Program-made: the position numbers and the translations under genes | Virus record (IMG/VR): IMGVR_UViG_3300045988_028050 | Location: 1-40,250 of that record | Source of the DNA: a virus | Direction: 5' to 3' (one strand) | Length of the DNA stretch: 40,250 nucleotides | The notes under the pieces: generated by a model | Told to the model about the DNA's origin: nothing | The model's database searches: none | The model's input: the letters and a program-made list of their open reading frames with translations, nothing else | Part shown: positions 9,306 through 17,807 of the stretch, piece by piece | Position numbering within the stretch: the first letter of the stretch is position 1 | Layout: every line of letters begins with the position of its first letter

Positions 9306-9878
9306 TTACTTGTCGTATTTTTCGTGGAGCGCACCCAGCAAAGACGTGGGCTTCGTTTCACGAGTGCCGCCCTCAAGCGAACCCTGCGTGTCAACACGAG
9401 CGCCAGCCTTTACAAATGCGCTGGGATCCTCGGACTTTGCTTTTTCGAGGTACTTGTCGAACCCATCCAAAGCGCCGTCCTTCATTTCGAGCTTGCTGTC
9501 TCCGATACCCGCTCGGAAAGCCTTTTCCGCAGACTTGGAGGAAAACTTCACGCCGCTGTCGGCAATCGCCTTGTCAATGGCGGTCTGATAATCCCGCTGT
9601 GCAAGTTGCGCCTTGTACGCTTCGGTTTCCTTGTCATACTTGCCTTGCAGCTCGTCCAGCTTTTCCTGGATTTTGGCAGCGTCACCGCTGGTCTTTTTCA
9701 GCTCCGCGATGTCCTTATCCCGGTCTGCGACCTGCTGTTCCAGCGCGTCCTTGTCCGCCTTTGCGTCCTCTGCGGCTTTTTTGTGCTTCTCGATGTCCTT
9801 GCCGTTCATGGCAAAAACCTTGTCCGCCTGCTCTTCCGTCAGGCCGATGTTCAACAGCTCTTCTTTCTTCATGTTCAA
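9306..9878 (-). CDS. Scaffolding protein
   Basis: Highly charged coiled-coil protein (KADKDALEQQVADRDKDIAELKK...) immediately upstream of the capsid gene. Confidence 0.8.
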   Translation of the reverse strand: MNMKKEELLNIGLTEEQADKVFAMNGKDIEKHKKAAEDAKADKDALEQQVADRDKDIAELKKTSGDAAKIQEKLDELQGKYDKETEAYKAQLAQRDYQTAIDKAIADSGVKFSSKSAEKAFRAGIGDSKLEMKDGALDGFDKYLEKAKSEDPSAFVKAGARVDTQGSLEGGTRETKPTSLLGALHEKYDK

Positions 9879-9989
9879 CTCCTTACGGGATAGGCTTTTT
9901 AGGTCGTTGCCATGACCACCCCGCCTGCACTTTTAGGCTTGCAGATAGCCGATTTTTGTATAACCCCCGCATACGCGGTTTTTACTGAA

Positions 9990-10030
9990 ATTGAAAAAGC
10001 CAACCTGTAAGAAATTCTTACAAGTTGGCT
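9990..10030 (-). terminator. Intrinsic terminator inside the head module
   Basis: On the minus strand: AGCCAACTTGTAAGAA-t-TTCTTACAGGTTGGCT (one mismatch) followed by TTTTTCAATTT. Confidence 0.7.
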
Positions 10031-10054
10031 CCTATTGCCCTTCCCAGTGCCCGA

Positions 10055-10189
10055 TTACACCGGGGATTGATATTTGATTTTCTTTTGGACTTCCAACACG
10101 ATAACGCCGTCGCCCTTTCGCCGCACCTCGGCGTTGTTGCCGCGCTTCAAGATGGCTTCGATAGCCTGTACCATTTCATCACGGTTCAT
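10055..10189 (-). CDS. Small hypothetical protein, 44 aa
   Basis: Below the ORF-track size cutoff. ATG 10189 is preceded by GAGGT. Hand translation gives MNRDEMVQAIEAILKRGNNAEVRRKGDGVIVLEVQKKIKYQSPV. The terminator above follows it. Confidence 0.4.
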   Translation of the reverse strand: MNRDEMVQAIEAILKRGNNAEVRRKGDGVIVLEVQKKIKYQSPV

Positions 10190-10280
10190 TGACTACCTCA
10201 ATTTCTTTGGGGGCAACATCCGTAAGTTCAACTTTTGCGCCATCATCGGTTCAAGCACAATTCCTTCGTAACCTCTTACT

Positions 10281-11462
10281 TTAATTCTCATACAGCACCT
10301 TCATCCTTTCCCGTTGCTCCGGCAGCCCCGCCGCCTTGCTGAACGCTTTGTATTTGGCGTTCAGGCGGCGCAGTTTGATATTCACGGCCTGTTCTTCGTC
10401 TTTCAGCCCTGCGGCGCTGTACGCCGCCTTTTCGCGCTTGAGCTTGCGTATGGTGCGCTCCACCTTGCGCTGCTCCTGCGTGGCTTCGTATGCCGTATAG
10501 GTCTTGCCATCAAACGTACAGCCCAGCCCATCGTCAATGTGGGAAAGCTGTTCGTCGGTGTAAGTGCGTTCGCTTACACCTTCCACCCAAATATCGCGCC
10601 TGTGTCGGCAGTTGGCTCCTTCCAGCCCATCCACAGCGCCCAGGCCGCACACCTCGTAGATGTTTGGGTAGATGTCGCCACTGCGGGTGGAATACACTTT
10701 GCCCTGCCACTCCTTGTGCGATGACCACGGCGACCGCCCCGGTACATCACGCGCCCCGGCATGGGCGGACACCTCGTAGTAAGGCGTTTTTAGGTATTCC
10801 GACGCCTGCTCTGTGTACTTCGCGCACAGCTGCGATACGCCCGTCATAACTGCGCGGCGCGCTGCAACGTCTACATGGTCACGGTGTCCGCTTTCATAGT
10901 CCACCACGCGCAGTCCGCCGCTTGCAAGCTCTCTTACGGCGTCTTTGATAGCTTGCCCATAAGAGATAGCCCCGCTTTCTACTTTCAACGTAGCGGCATT
11001 TAAAGCCCACTGGTACGCCTTTGCCGGGGAAAGCATTGTGCGCCCTGCGTCTACCAAAAAGCCCATCGAAGCGGTGATGTTTCGGAACACGTCCTGCGTC
11101 TGCCGTTTTATGGCGTCAATGGTGGTTGCATCCACCAGCACGTCAGGCTTTGTGACATGGGCAAAGTCTATGACATCGGCGTAATACTTTTGGTTGCGCT
11201 CCACCACATCGTCTATTAGCTCGTTCAGCTTCTTCTCGCTGATGCCGGTGGCCTGTCGTATGGCTTTCTCAATCTCTTTTAGATCGATGCCATGCGCCCG
11301 CAGCGCCTTGATGTCCTGCACCGTGACCTCGTTCAACTTGTCCCGCAGCTTTAGCCGGGAGCATATCTCTGTAAGCAACGTGTCCTCAATCCCACGGTAC
11401 AGCTCTGCCAGTTCCTCGGGCATGGCATCCAGCAGTTCGGGGGTGAATGGATACTTGCTCAT
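10281..11462 (-). CDS. Head morphogenesis / minor capsid protein (Mu F / SPP1 gp7 family)
   Basis: C-terminal motifs YEVSAHAGARDVPGRSPWSSHKEWQGKVY and ANCRHRRD, positioned after the portal. The start is either ATG 11462 or TTG 11486. Confidence 0.85.
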   Translation of the reverse strand: MSKYPFTPELLDAMPEELAELYRGIEDTLLTEICSRLKLRDKLNEVTVQDIKALRAHGIDLKEIEKAIRQATGISEKKLNELIDDVVERNQKYYADVIDFAHVTKPDVLVDATTIDAIKRQTQDVFRNITASMGFLVDAGRTMLSPAKAYQWALNAATLKVESGAISYGQAIKDAVRELASGGLRVVDYESGHRDHVDVAARRAVMTGVSQLCAKYTEQASEYLKTPYYEVSAHAGARDVPGRSPWSSHKEWQGKVYSTRSGDIYPNIYEVCGLGAVDGLEGANCRHRRDIWVEGVSERTYTDEQLSHIDDGLGCTFDGKTYTAYEATQEQRKVERTIRKLKREKAAYSAAGLKDEEQAVNIKLRRLNAKYKAFSKAAGLPEQRERMKVLYEN

Positions 11463-11547
11463 CTTACATGGCCCAAAACTACCCAATTAGGGTTTTCATC
11501 TGTGCCAATGTTTACCCAAAAAGTACCGGGGTTTTCTCCATAGCCCA

Positions 11548-12978
11548 TTACTCCACCTCCTGTTGCTGCTCCGTGGTCATGTCCTGCATCTTTGGCAACG
11601 CCGCTTTTGCGGTGGCCTCGTCCTCGTTCATGTATTTGGCGCGAAACTCCCAGTCGTTCATAATGCCAGCACTAAGCATCTGCATATCGCGGGAAAACTC
11701 GCTTTGCTTGTCCTCTATGATGCTGTCATCAAAGTCGATGGAAATCTCCACATCCTCATTCAGCCCAGCGTTCATGGCCGTGTTACCCAGCCGTAGCAGG
11801 ATGCGGCATAGCTCCACCAGCGCTTGTTCCAGCACGATCTCCATCTTTTTGATGGTGCGGAACATGGTGGAGTTTTCGCTGATGACCTGTGTGGCAGTTG
11901 CCACGCTGCCGCCATCAAAGCGGTAATAGGTTTCACCGAAGCCGCACTTGCTGGAAAGGATGTTCAACTGGTCTTGGATGCCGGTGTTGTGCTCCGCCGT
12001 CCGCAGCGTCATGTCAATAGGCGTTACAACTGCGCCGTCTTCTGTATCCTCCGGCATGACGTAAAACACCACATCGTCAGGGTCAAAAGCGGGGGTGCCG
12101 TCAAGATACTGCGCCGCAGACGGCTTGACCATGATGCGCTTCTTGCCCAGCTTGAACTCGTTGACGTAGCTGTCATAGGCAATATCTACGCCCTGCAATA
12201 CGTCAATGGCATTGGCGTAGACCGCAATACCGGTTGGCAGCAGATAATTGACGTTGTTTGCAATGTTAGGCCGGTCAATGACAAACTGCCGCTTGTCGCT
12301 GCCCGTGTGCACTACAGGTGGGATATTTTCAAAGCCCTTGACATTTACAAGCTGTTCGTCCGCCAGCTGCTCATTGTCGTACCGATAGATGCGGTTCTCA
12401 ATGGCATAGTTGCCGTTGTCCTCACGCCGATGTATCTGCAAGTACAGATAATCTTTACCGCCCCGCGTAACAGCGGAAGAAAACGCGCACTCGCTGATAT
12501 ACCCATTTTGCCAGGACAGCGGGTAGATGTTTTCGATAGTCACATAATCCAGCACGATACCGGATGCGTTGCCTGGTACAATATCACCGCTTTCGCTGAT
12601 CTCCTGGCCAATGACGCGGGGAACATAGGCCACAGTGCCCAGGGCAGATTTCATCTCCTGCATCTCGTTGGCCTTGACGGTAAAGTTGTTTTCCGTCAGC
12701 ACCAAATCGATGAACTCCTGCTCTTTTTGCCCCTCAAGCGTGATTTGGACTTTCTCGTTCATCAAGAGATTAGCCCAATCCTCGCACAGCTTCTTGCCCA
12801 TGCCAAGAGAATAGCGCTTGCAGGCAACTATGCTCTCGCCGTTTCTCACGCTGTAACTGTGGAAGCCTTTTACATCGCCCTGGTACCAGCTTTTCCACTC
12901 TGCAACCTTGCTGTAAAAGCTGTCCGGGATGGTGGTATAGCCCAGCTCATCCAGTTTGATGATAACCGCGTTACTCAT
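11548..12978 (-). CDS. Portal protein (SPP1 gp6-like)
   Basis: 476 aa, directly after terL with an ATGA overlap. N-terminal region typical of SPP1-type portals. Confidence 0.9.
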   Translation of the reverse strand: MSNAVIIKLDELGYTTIPDSFYSKVAEWKSWYQGDVKGFHSYSVRNGESIVACKRYSLGMGKKLCEDWANLLMNEKVQITLEGQKEQEFIDLVLTENNFTVKANEMQEMKSALGTVAYVPRVIGQEISESGDIVPGNASGIVLDYVTIENIYPLSWQNGYISECAFSSAVTRGGKDYLYLQIHRREDNGNYAIENRIYRYDNEQLADEQLVNVKGFENIPPVVHTGSDKRQFVIDRPNIANNVNYLLPTGIAVYANAIDVLQGVDIAYDSYVNEFKLGKKRIMVKPSAAQYLDGTPAFDPDDVVFYVMPEDTEDGAVVTPIDMTLRTAEHNTGIQDQLNILSSKCGFGETYYRFDGGSVATATQVISENSTMFRTIKKMEIVLEQALVELCRILLRLGNTAMNAGLNEDVEISIDFDDSIIEDKQSEFSRDMQMLSAGIMNDWEFRAKYMNEDEATAKAALPKMQDMTTEQQQEVE

Positions 12979-14216
12979 GCAATAACTCCCATCCGACGGG
13001 AAATGCGCTCAACAGCGTACCGGGTGGCATCTATCAAATGGTTGTTTTCATCCGGGTAGCCGCTGATAATATCTCCGTCTTTGTTTCGGTCGTATTCGTA
13101 ATTCACAAACTCGTTGTATGCGTTTGGCGTGCGTTTTCGGTCAATGACGATCTTGCGCCGCTGCAGCCACTTCATGCCGTAGTCAACAGAGCCAGGGCCT
13201 TTGACCGCCGCTTTTGCCGGAAGCCCCATAGCGCGATAGTCCGCCACGCTCTTAGGCTCTGCGCTGTCGCACGTTATATAAGCGTCTTTGTACCCGCGCT
13301 GGATGATGATGTTGCCGCTTGCTTCGTTGGTGAGCTTGTTCTGATAGATTTCATCCATCAGGTAGATAGTCTCCCGCGCTCTGTCGTAATGCAGGCGGAT
13401 AAAGGCAAAGGGATCCGGGAACCAACCATAGTCCACGCCTTGATAAATGTGGTCAAAATGCGACATTTCCTCGTCGGTGATCTCCCGCAGTTCCAGGTTG
13501 TCAAACACGTTGCCGCCCGTACCCACAGGAATGCCCAAATACTCGTGCTGGTACGCTCTCTCGTCCGTGGCCTTGAGATGTTCCGCCTCTGCCAGAAACT
13601 GCTCACCCAGCCACTCCGGTGGGGCTTGCAAGTACGTTGACTTGTGGCACAGCCTGTCTGTGCGTTCTTCCAGGCTGTCCTTGTTCGCCCAGTTATCGCG
13701 GCTTATCGGCGGGTTGTAGCTTTCAAAGTTCCAATACTTCGACCCGCCGCGCATTGTAGACTGTAAAATCGTTCGTATCTCGGCGCGACCGGCAAACTGG
13801 TCTTTTTCTTCAAAGTGCGTCACGGCAATGTAGCCAAACGGCACCTTAATGGACTTTATCTTCATTGGGTCGTCCGCGCCCCGGAACATGATTTTCTGTC
13901 CGGTAGGCTTATAAATCAGCTCCATCGGGGAAACCTTTGCTTCCCAATACGCCGCCATGCCCAGCTCACCGATTGCCCATATATACTGTGCGTACACGCT
14001 GTCACGGATGGTGTTTGCCACCTTTCGCAGCACCAGCGCGTGTGTGCCGGGGTTGTTTATCAGCAGCAGGGGCACCAGCACAGACACCGTAGAGGACTTC
14101 AACGAACCGCGCCCGCCGCTGAAATCGTAGTGCGTGTGACCATGCAGAAACACGTCATGCGCCACGTCGTAGAACGCAGAGCCAATTTTTTCAGACAGCC
14201 GGATGTCAGACATCAA
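12975..14216 (-). CDS. terL: Terminase large subunit (PBSX-type)
   Basis: Walker A-like FSGGRGSLKSS, conserved nuclease C-terminus, correct size and position. Confidence 0.92.
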   Translation of the reverse strand: MMSDIRLSEKIGSAFYDVAHDVFLHGHTHYDFSGGRGSLKSSTVSVLVPLLLINNPGTHALVLRKVANTIRDSVYAQYIWAIGELGMAAYWEAKVSPMELIYKPTGQKIMFRGADDPMKIKSIKVPFGYIAVTHFEEKDQFAGRAEIRTILQSTMRGGSKYWNFESYNPPISRDNWANKDSLEERTDRLCHKSTYLQAPPEWLGEQFLAEAEHLKATDERAYQHEYLGIPVGTGGNVFDNLELREITDEEMSHFDHIYQGVDYGWFPDPFAFIRLHYDRARETIYLMDEIYQNKLTNEASGNIIIQRGYKDAYITCDSAEPKSVADYRAMGLPAKAAVKGPGSVDYGMKWLQRRKIVIDRKRTPNAYNEFVNYEYDRNKDGDIISGYPDENNHLIDATRYAVERISRRMGVIA

Positions 14217-14598
14217 TTATCACCCGGACCCTCTCGCTGTCATCATTAGCGCTCTTCTCTTGTAGTAGCGTCCACTTGTCGATCAGCGTCCCAATGGCCG
14301 TAGTGATCTGGCTTGGCGTGGCCTCCGCCAGCTTTTCCGGGTCGTTCAGCACCGCCAATCCCTTGCCGATGATCTGACACACCACGTCCCGCTGGCTTTC
14401 CATATACGCCAAAACGTCCGCCGTGTTCTCCTCTTTTTTCTGCTCACACTTTTCCACAATGTCGGCATTTGCCCGAACAATGTTTTTAACCGTGGTCGCT
14501 GAAACGCCGTTGATTTTCGCGGTGGCGCAATAGTTGCTGGTCTGCACATAGTCCGCCAGTATTTTCTTCTTTTGACGGTCTGTCAGCCTTGCCGCCAT
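14206..14598 (-). CDS. terS: Terminase small subunit (HTH type)
   Basis: Start refined to ATG 14598, preceded by GAGGTG. MAARLTDRQKKKILADYVQTSNYCATAKINGVSATTVKNIV is an HTH. Overlaps the terL start. Confidence 0.7.
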   Translation of the reverse strand: MAARLTDRQKKKILADYVQTSNYCATAKINGVSATTVKNIVRANADIVEKCEQKKEENTADVLAYMESQRDVVCQIIGKGLAVLNDPEKLAEATPSQITTAIGTLIDKWTLLQEKSANDDSERVRVIIDV

Positions 14599-15114
14599 GT
14601 CACACCTCGCTTTGCCTGACGCACCGGCCTCCCACCACTGGCCTTTGTCATTGGCACGTCTGTACCCGGCTTTCGCCTCACCTAATATGTTCCCGCCGTG
14701 AGCTATGCGCCCCGCAAGCACACATAGCATCCGCCACAGCGAAATACTTTGGAGTAAGCAGACTATTTGGGACGCATCCCATACAGCGGCCTGCCAGCGC
14801 ATCTCCTGTTGTTTTACACAATCGGTCGGGTGCCATCACGTATCCATACTATCCTACATAGCGGCTTTGTCCTAAGACAACCGCCACCACACCACATCCA
14901 CGCCTCGGAGTTCTCTCAAGCGCGGTGGTACCCAGACCAACCACGGAACTTTACAGCCCTGCGCCGGTACGTCGGTCGCATCCGTTCATCTTTACAAAGC
15001 CGGTGCCAGCCAATACATAAATTACTTCGTCCTGCCGCTTTCGTACAGCGCACAGGAAAGACCACTTTCGCAGGCTTACGCTCCGTGCGGCTGCGAGGCA
15101 AGATGTCACGCCTA
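14599..15114 (-). ncRNA. Candidate large structured non-coding RNA or long structured leader between the tRNA-like gene and terS
   Basis: 516 nt with no credible ORF on either strand in an otherwise gap-free genome. Several stable helices are visible on the minus-strand transcript, e.g. GCTATGTGT..GCGCATAGC, GCGGTTGTC-ttag-GACAA-ag-CCGC and GGC-GAAA-GCC. Strand assumed from the adjacent tRNA-like gene. Confidence 0.3.
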
Positions 15115-15193
15115 TGGTGCAGACAGCAAGATTTGAACTTGCGAACCCGAAAATTCTTCATATCGGAGCTGTATCCACCCAGCTTCTGCCTGC
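15115..15193 (-). tRNA. tRNA-like gene with a non-canonical anticodon arm, CCA encoded
   Basis: Minus-strand read: GCAGGCA GA AGCT GGGTGGATAC AGCT C CGATA TGAAGAAT TTTCG GGTTC GCAAG TTCAAAT CTTGC TGTCTGC A CCA. The 7-bp acceptor, 4-bp D stem and 5-bp T stem with TTCAAAT loop are canonical. The anticodon stem has a T-T mismatch and the loop is 8 nt. Confidence 0.55.
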
Positions 15194-15235
15194 ATATTGC
15201 TCCCTCCGGGCGGAGCCGAAGCCCCGCCCATCAGG

Positions 15236-15290
15236 AAAAGAAGAGGGAAAAGAAAAAAGATGGAGATGCAGAGTTTGCCCCTGCATCTCC
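15236..15290 (-). terminator. Intrinsic terminator ending the early/middle operon
   Basis: On the minus strand: GGAGATGCAG-gggcaaact-CTGCATCTCC followed by ATCTTTTTTCTTTTCCC. Confidence 0.85.
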
Positions 15291-15334
15291 ACGTTATCAC
15301 ATCTTTTTTTGTTGTTGCATTTCGTTGTGCAACA

Positions 15335-15559
15335 TCACCTAATTTCTGCGTTTACATACGGCGCATACTCTTCTTTTATCGCACATTCTTTCAGCGGGCA
15401 GTAGCGGCAATTTTTAGCAAAAGGGCACTCGCGCCGTTCTGCTCTGGATATACAGCGAGATACAGTGGATGTGCTTACACCAAAATGCCGCGCAATCGTA
15501 CTCATGCGCCAGCCGCACTCAAAGTATAGCCTCAAGTATTCAACCGTCTGCTCTTTCAC
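15335..15559 (-). CDS. Small HTH protein with a C-terminal Cys4 cluster (candidate late-gene regulator)
   Basis: GTG 15559 overlaps the upstream TGA (GTGA). WRMSTIARHFGVSTSTVSRCISRA is an HTH, followed by CPFAKNCRYCPLKEC. It is the last gene before the terminator and terS. Confidence 0.55.
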   Translation of the reverse strand: MKEQTVEYLRLYFECGWRMSTIARHFGVSTSTVSRCISRAERRECPFAKNCRYCPLKECAIKEEYAPYVNAEIR

Positions 15560-15765
15560 CCTACCACCTCCTCCGGGAAGAACGTCTCCCGCACCCCGCC
15601 GCACTCCGCCACGATGTACCGCCCCTTCGGGTGCACATACACCACCGTGCCTTTGCGTATAGGGAATTTCTTTTCTTCGCACCCCTTACCGGGGAATAAG
15701 TCCGGCAGCGTCATAAACCGCGCTCGGATCACATCACCCTTCTGCATTGCCGCCTCCGCCTCCAT
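15556..15765 (-). CDS. Hypothetical protein, 69 aa
   Basis: ORF track; compact operon context. Confidence 0.5.
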   Translation of the reverse strand: MEAEAAMQKGDVIRARFMTLPDLFPGKGCEEKKFPIRKGTVVYVHPKGRYIVAECGGVRETFFPEEVVG

Positions 15766-15919
15766 AGAATACGTCTATCTCAAGTTCGTGCCCTCTATAC
15801 CCCGGTCCGCGATCACCAGGGGGCCATGTCGGTATGCTGTATCTGTATCTTTCTCCGTCTGGCTTTGTGACATCAAGGATTACACCTGGCCCAAGTTCTT
15901 CAATAGATATATCAGCCAT
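15734..15919 (-). CDS. Hypothetical protein, 61 aa
   Basis: Start refined to ATG 15919, preceded by GGGAGGA. Confidence 0.5.
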   Translation of the reverse strand: MADISIEELGPGVILDVTKPDGERYRYSIPTWPPGDRGPGYRGHELEIDVFYGGGGGNAEG

Positions 15920-15923
15920 TGGC

Positions 15924-16184
15924 TTATCCTCCCTCGTGGCAATATCCGTTTTCGTCCGTGTCCTTGCTCCAATAGGTGCAGTGCAGGACATTTCCGATCA
16001 CCACTGATTGATAGCAGTCCTTGCATCGCACCACCGGAGCAACATCAGCGGCGGGCTGTGCGTCTACCTCCCGTATCACGTCTTCAAGCAGACCGCAGCC
16101 TTGCTCGTCATCAACATCCGCATGAGCATCCCGCCAATTCTCCAAAATTTTGCATAACGCTTCACGCTCAATGTATTCAGCCAT
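15924..16184 (-). CDS. Hypothetical protein, 86 aa (MAEYIEREAL... family common in gut phages)
   Basis: Start refined to ATG 16184, preceded by GGGGAGGAG. Confidence 0.55.
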   Translation of the reverse strand: MAEYIEREALCKILENWRDAHADVDDEQGCGLLEDVIREVDAQPAADVAPVVRCKDCYQSVVIGNVLHCTYWSKDTDENGYCHEGG

Positions 16185-16356
16185 TGTCGTTCTCCTCCCC
16201 ATTGAACCACTTCCGCAGTTCGTGAGCGCACGAAACACACAGCTCGTAGTCGTTGTCGTTCATATCGTTTTTAACACGCCGCATACCGGCATAGGTGACG
16301 GAGTTGTACGGGTTGATCTCCGCTCCGCAGCGGTCACACACTCTCTTTGTCGCCAT
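16177..16356 (-). CDS. Small zinc-ribbon protein, 59 aa
   Basis: Start refined to ATG 16356 (GGGAGTG RBS). CDRCG...CVSC. Confidence 0.5.
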   Translation of the reverse strand: MATKRVCDRCGAEINPYNSVTYAGMRRVKNDMNDNDYELCVSCAHELRKWFNGEENDNG

Positions 16357-16723
16357 TGTCAGCACTCCCATAAAACGCCTCTAAGTCATCCTGCGCTTTG
16401 TTAACAAAATCGGGGCAAGCCAAGCATTCCGGTATCGGGTCATCCGTCATCGGGTCAACCCATCCGAGACAGTAGATGTGGTCTTTCTTTCCGTCGTTCC
16501 ATTCGTGAGACGGGCGTCCTCGCTTACCCAGCACACACATAACCGTTGCCATTGTCGGCACCTCCATTCTCACCTTGCATTTAATCTCGGCGTTTATGAT
16601 CCTCGCCATCTTCACGAACTCTCTCCACTTCCACAACTCGTGCTTATCATCAGGGCCGGTATCCCACTGACCATCATACGATTTGATTTCGTTGCTCCAA
16701 TAGTCGTCCATGTTGTCAGCCAT
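16334..16723 (-). CDS. Hypothetical protein, 129 aa
   Basis: ORF track; operon context. Confidence 0.55.
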   Translation of the reverse strand: MADNMDDYWSNEIKSYDGQWDTGPDDKHELWKWREFVKMARIINAEIKCKVRMEVPTMATVMCVLGKRGRPSHEWNDGKKDHIYCLGWVDPMTDDPIPECLACPDFVNKAQDDLEAFYGSADNGDKESV

Positions 16724-17219
16724 TCTTCATCGCCTCCAGTGCTTTTTCCGCCTCCTCGCTCACCGGTGAAATGTACCCAGCAGCAATATTTTCAAGGAAG
16801 ATGTTGTATGGCCGGTGAAACACGATCCCTTTGCTCACATAGGCGACTGCAAAGTGCACCCTTTTTATAAGGCGCGGATTTTCTGGATAACTTGTATCAA
16901 GCATTACGCCGCCAGTCCCGACCGGCAGCACCGCCACGCGCCCGTCCTTGTCGGCCTCGGCCAGCTCCCGCAGGCGGTCATAGCTGCAAAAACTTTCCAA
17001 ATCAGCAAGTCGCATAAGCTTCAGCGCGATTTCGTCCGCCCTATCCTTCGGCAACACTTCTTCCGGCTCGCAGTCGCTATCCTCGTAGGCGGCAAGGCGT
17101 TCGCAGATTTCGACCTTAAATTCACAGTCCTCAGTGCGGCATCCCATGCCGCCGCACGGTTCTTTAAAGCATCTCGGGTAATGCGCATGCCCATTTTCGC
17201 GTTTTGTCAGTCGTTCCAT
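16716..17219 (-). CDS. Hypothetical protein, 167 aa, Cys-rich N-terminus with an RLAAYEDS motif
   Basis: Start refined to ATG 17219 (MERLTKRENGH...). The longer track ORF has an Arg-rich, non-protein-like extension. Confidence 0.55.
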   Translation of the reverse strand: MERLTKRENGHAHYPRCFKEPCGGMGCRTEDCEFKVEICERLAAYEDSDCEPEEVLPKDRADEIALKLMRLADLESFCSYDRLRELAEADKDGRVAVLPVGTGGVMLDTSYPENPRLIKRVHFAVAYVSKGIVFHRPYNIFLENIAAGYISPVSEEAEKALEAMKNG

Positions 17220-17350
17220 CGTTCCACATCCCCTTTCAGTTCGTCGTACAACTCGCTGAACCGCTTGTTCCACTTCCTTAGTCCGAAGAAACAGCACACG
17301 CCCAGCACGATCCACAGCCCGCTGGCGATGTCTTGCAACAAATTTTCCAT
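17207..17350 (-). CDS. Small single-TM protein, 47 aa
   Basis: Below the track cutoff. ATG 17350 is preceded by TAGGAGGTGGAG. Hand translation gives MENLLQDIASGLWIVLGVCCFFGLRKWNKRFSELYDELKGDVERWND. Confidence 0.5.
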   Translation of the reverse strand: MENLLQDIASGLWIVLGVCCFFGLRKWNKRFSELYDELKGDVERWND

Positions 17351-17361
17351 CACTCCACCTC

Positions 17362-17553
17362 CTAACATCCAGCCCCAACGCCATAATCGGGATTATTGGT
17401 CATCCTTGCAATTTCGTCTGCGGTCAGCGTATGATTGCTTGCAGTGTATGTAACAGACCCTTTACACCTGTTCTGACACGCCAAGCACTCGCACTGGTTA
17501 CAGTTACTTGTTGCATTCTGCCGAAATGGACAGAGATAATTAAAACAGTCCAT
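17362..17553 (-). CDS. Cys-rich small protein, 63 aa
   Basis: ATG 17553 overlaps the upstream TGA (TGATG) and is preceded by GGAGGG. Ends in TAG. Confidence 0.5.
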   Translation of the reverse strand: MDCFNYLCPFRQNATSNCNQCECLACQNRCKGSVTYTASNHTLTADEIARMTNNPDYGVGAGC

Positions 17554-17807
17554 CACATTTCCCTCCATCTGCACCCGTCACAGGCGCCCTCGTGTGCGTG
17601 TTTGTACTTCCCGCAGTATTTGCATAGCTCGTTGATAATGTCTTTCCGGTCTGCGCCCAGCTTCATGTTGCTGTCAAACAGCGTTTCATTGATGGCGGCG
17701 TACTGCTCGGCGGTGTTCTTTGCACCCTGCAGTTCCTCTTTCAGTTTCACGATTTCGCAAATTGCATTGCCGTTTGCCGCCATCATGTCGGTCACATCGT
17801 TCGGCAT
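17553..17807 (-). CDS. Hypothetical protein, 84 aa as annotated (see finding on the upstream open frame)
   Basis: ORF track. C-terminal CKYCGKYKHAHEGACDGC. Confidence 0.5.
   Translation of the reverse strand: MPNDVTDMMAANGNAICEIVKLKEELQGAKNTAEQYAAINETLFDSNMKLGADRKDIINELCKYCGKYKHAHEGACDGCRWREM

Noticed and set aside
7839-9893. 684-aa plus-strand ORF. Similar long plus-strand ORFs occur at 3082-4308, 11824-13059, 25216-26262 and 38473-39456.
   Set aside because: All lie antisense to recognisable structural or early genes and have non-protein-like composition. They are shadow ORFs.
11459-11548. 29-codon micro-ORF bridging the portal and MuF-like genes (TAATG and ATGA overlaps, RBS GGAGGTGGAG)
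   Set aside because: It may simply reflect an alternative TTG start (11486) of the MuF-like gene. The peptide has no features, and I cannot support it as a gene without conservation data.
15115-15193. The idea that the tRNA-like gene is the amber suppressor explaining the in-frame TAG codons
   Set aside because: No CTA (or TTA/TCA) triplet is present anywhere in the anticodon-arm region. It cannot be a conventional stop-codon suppressor.
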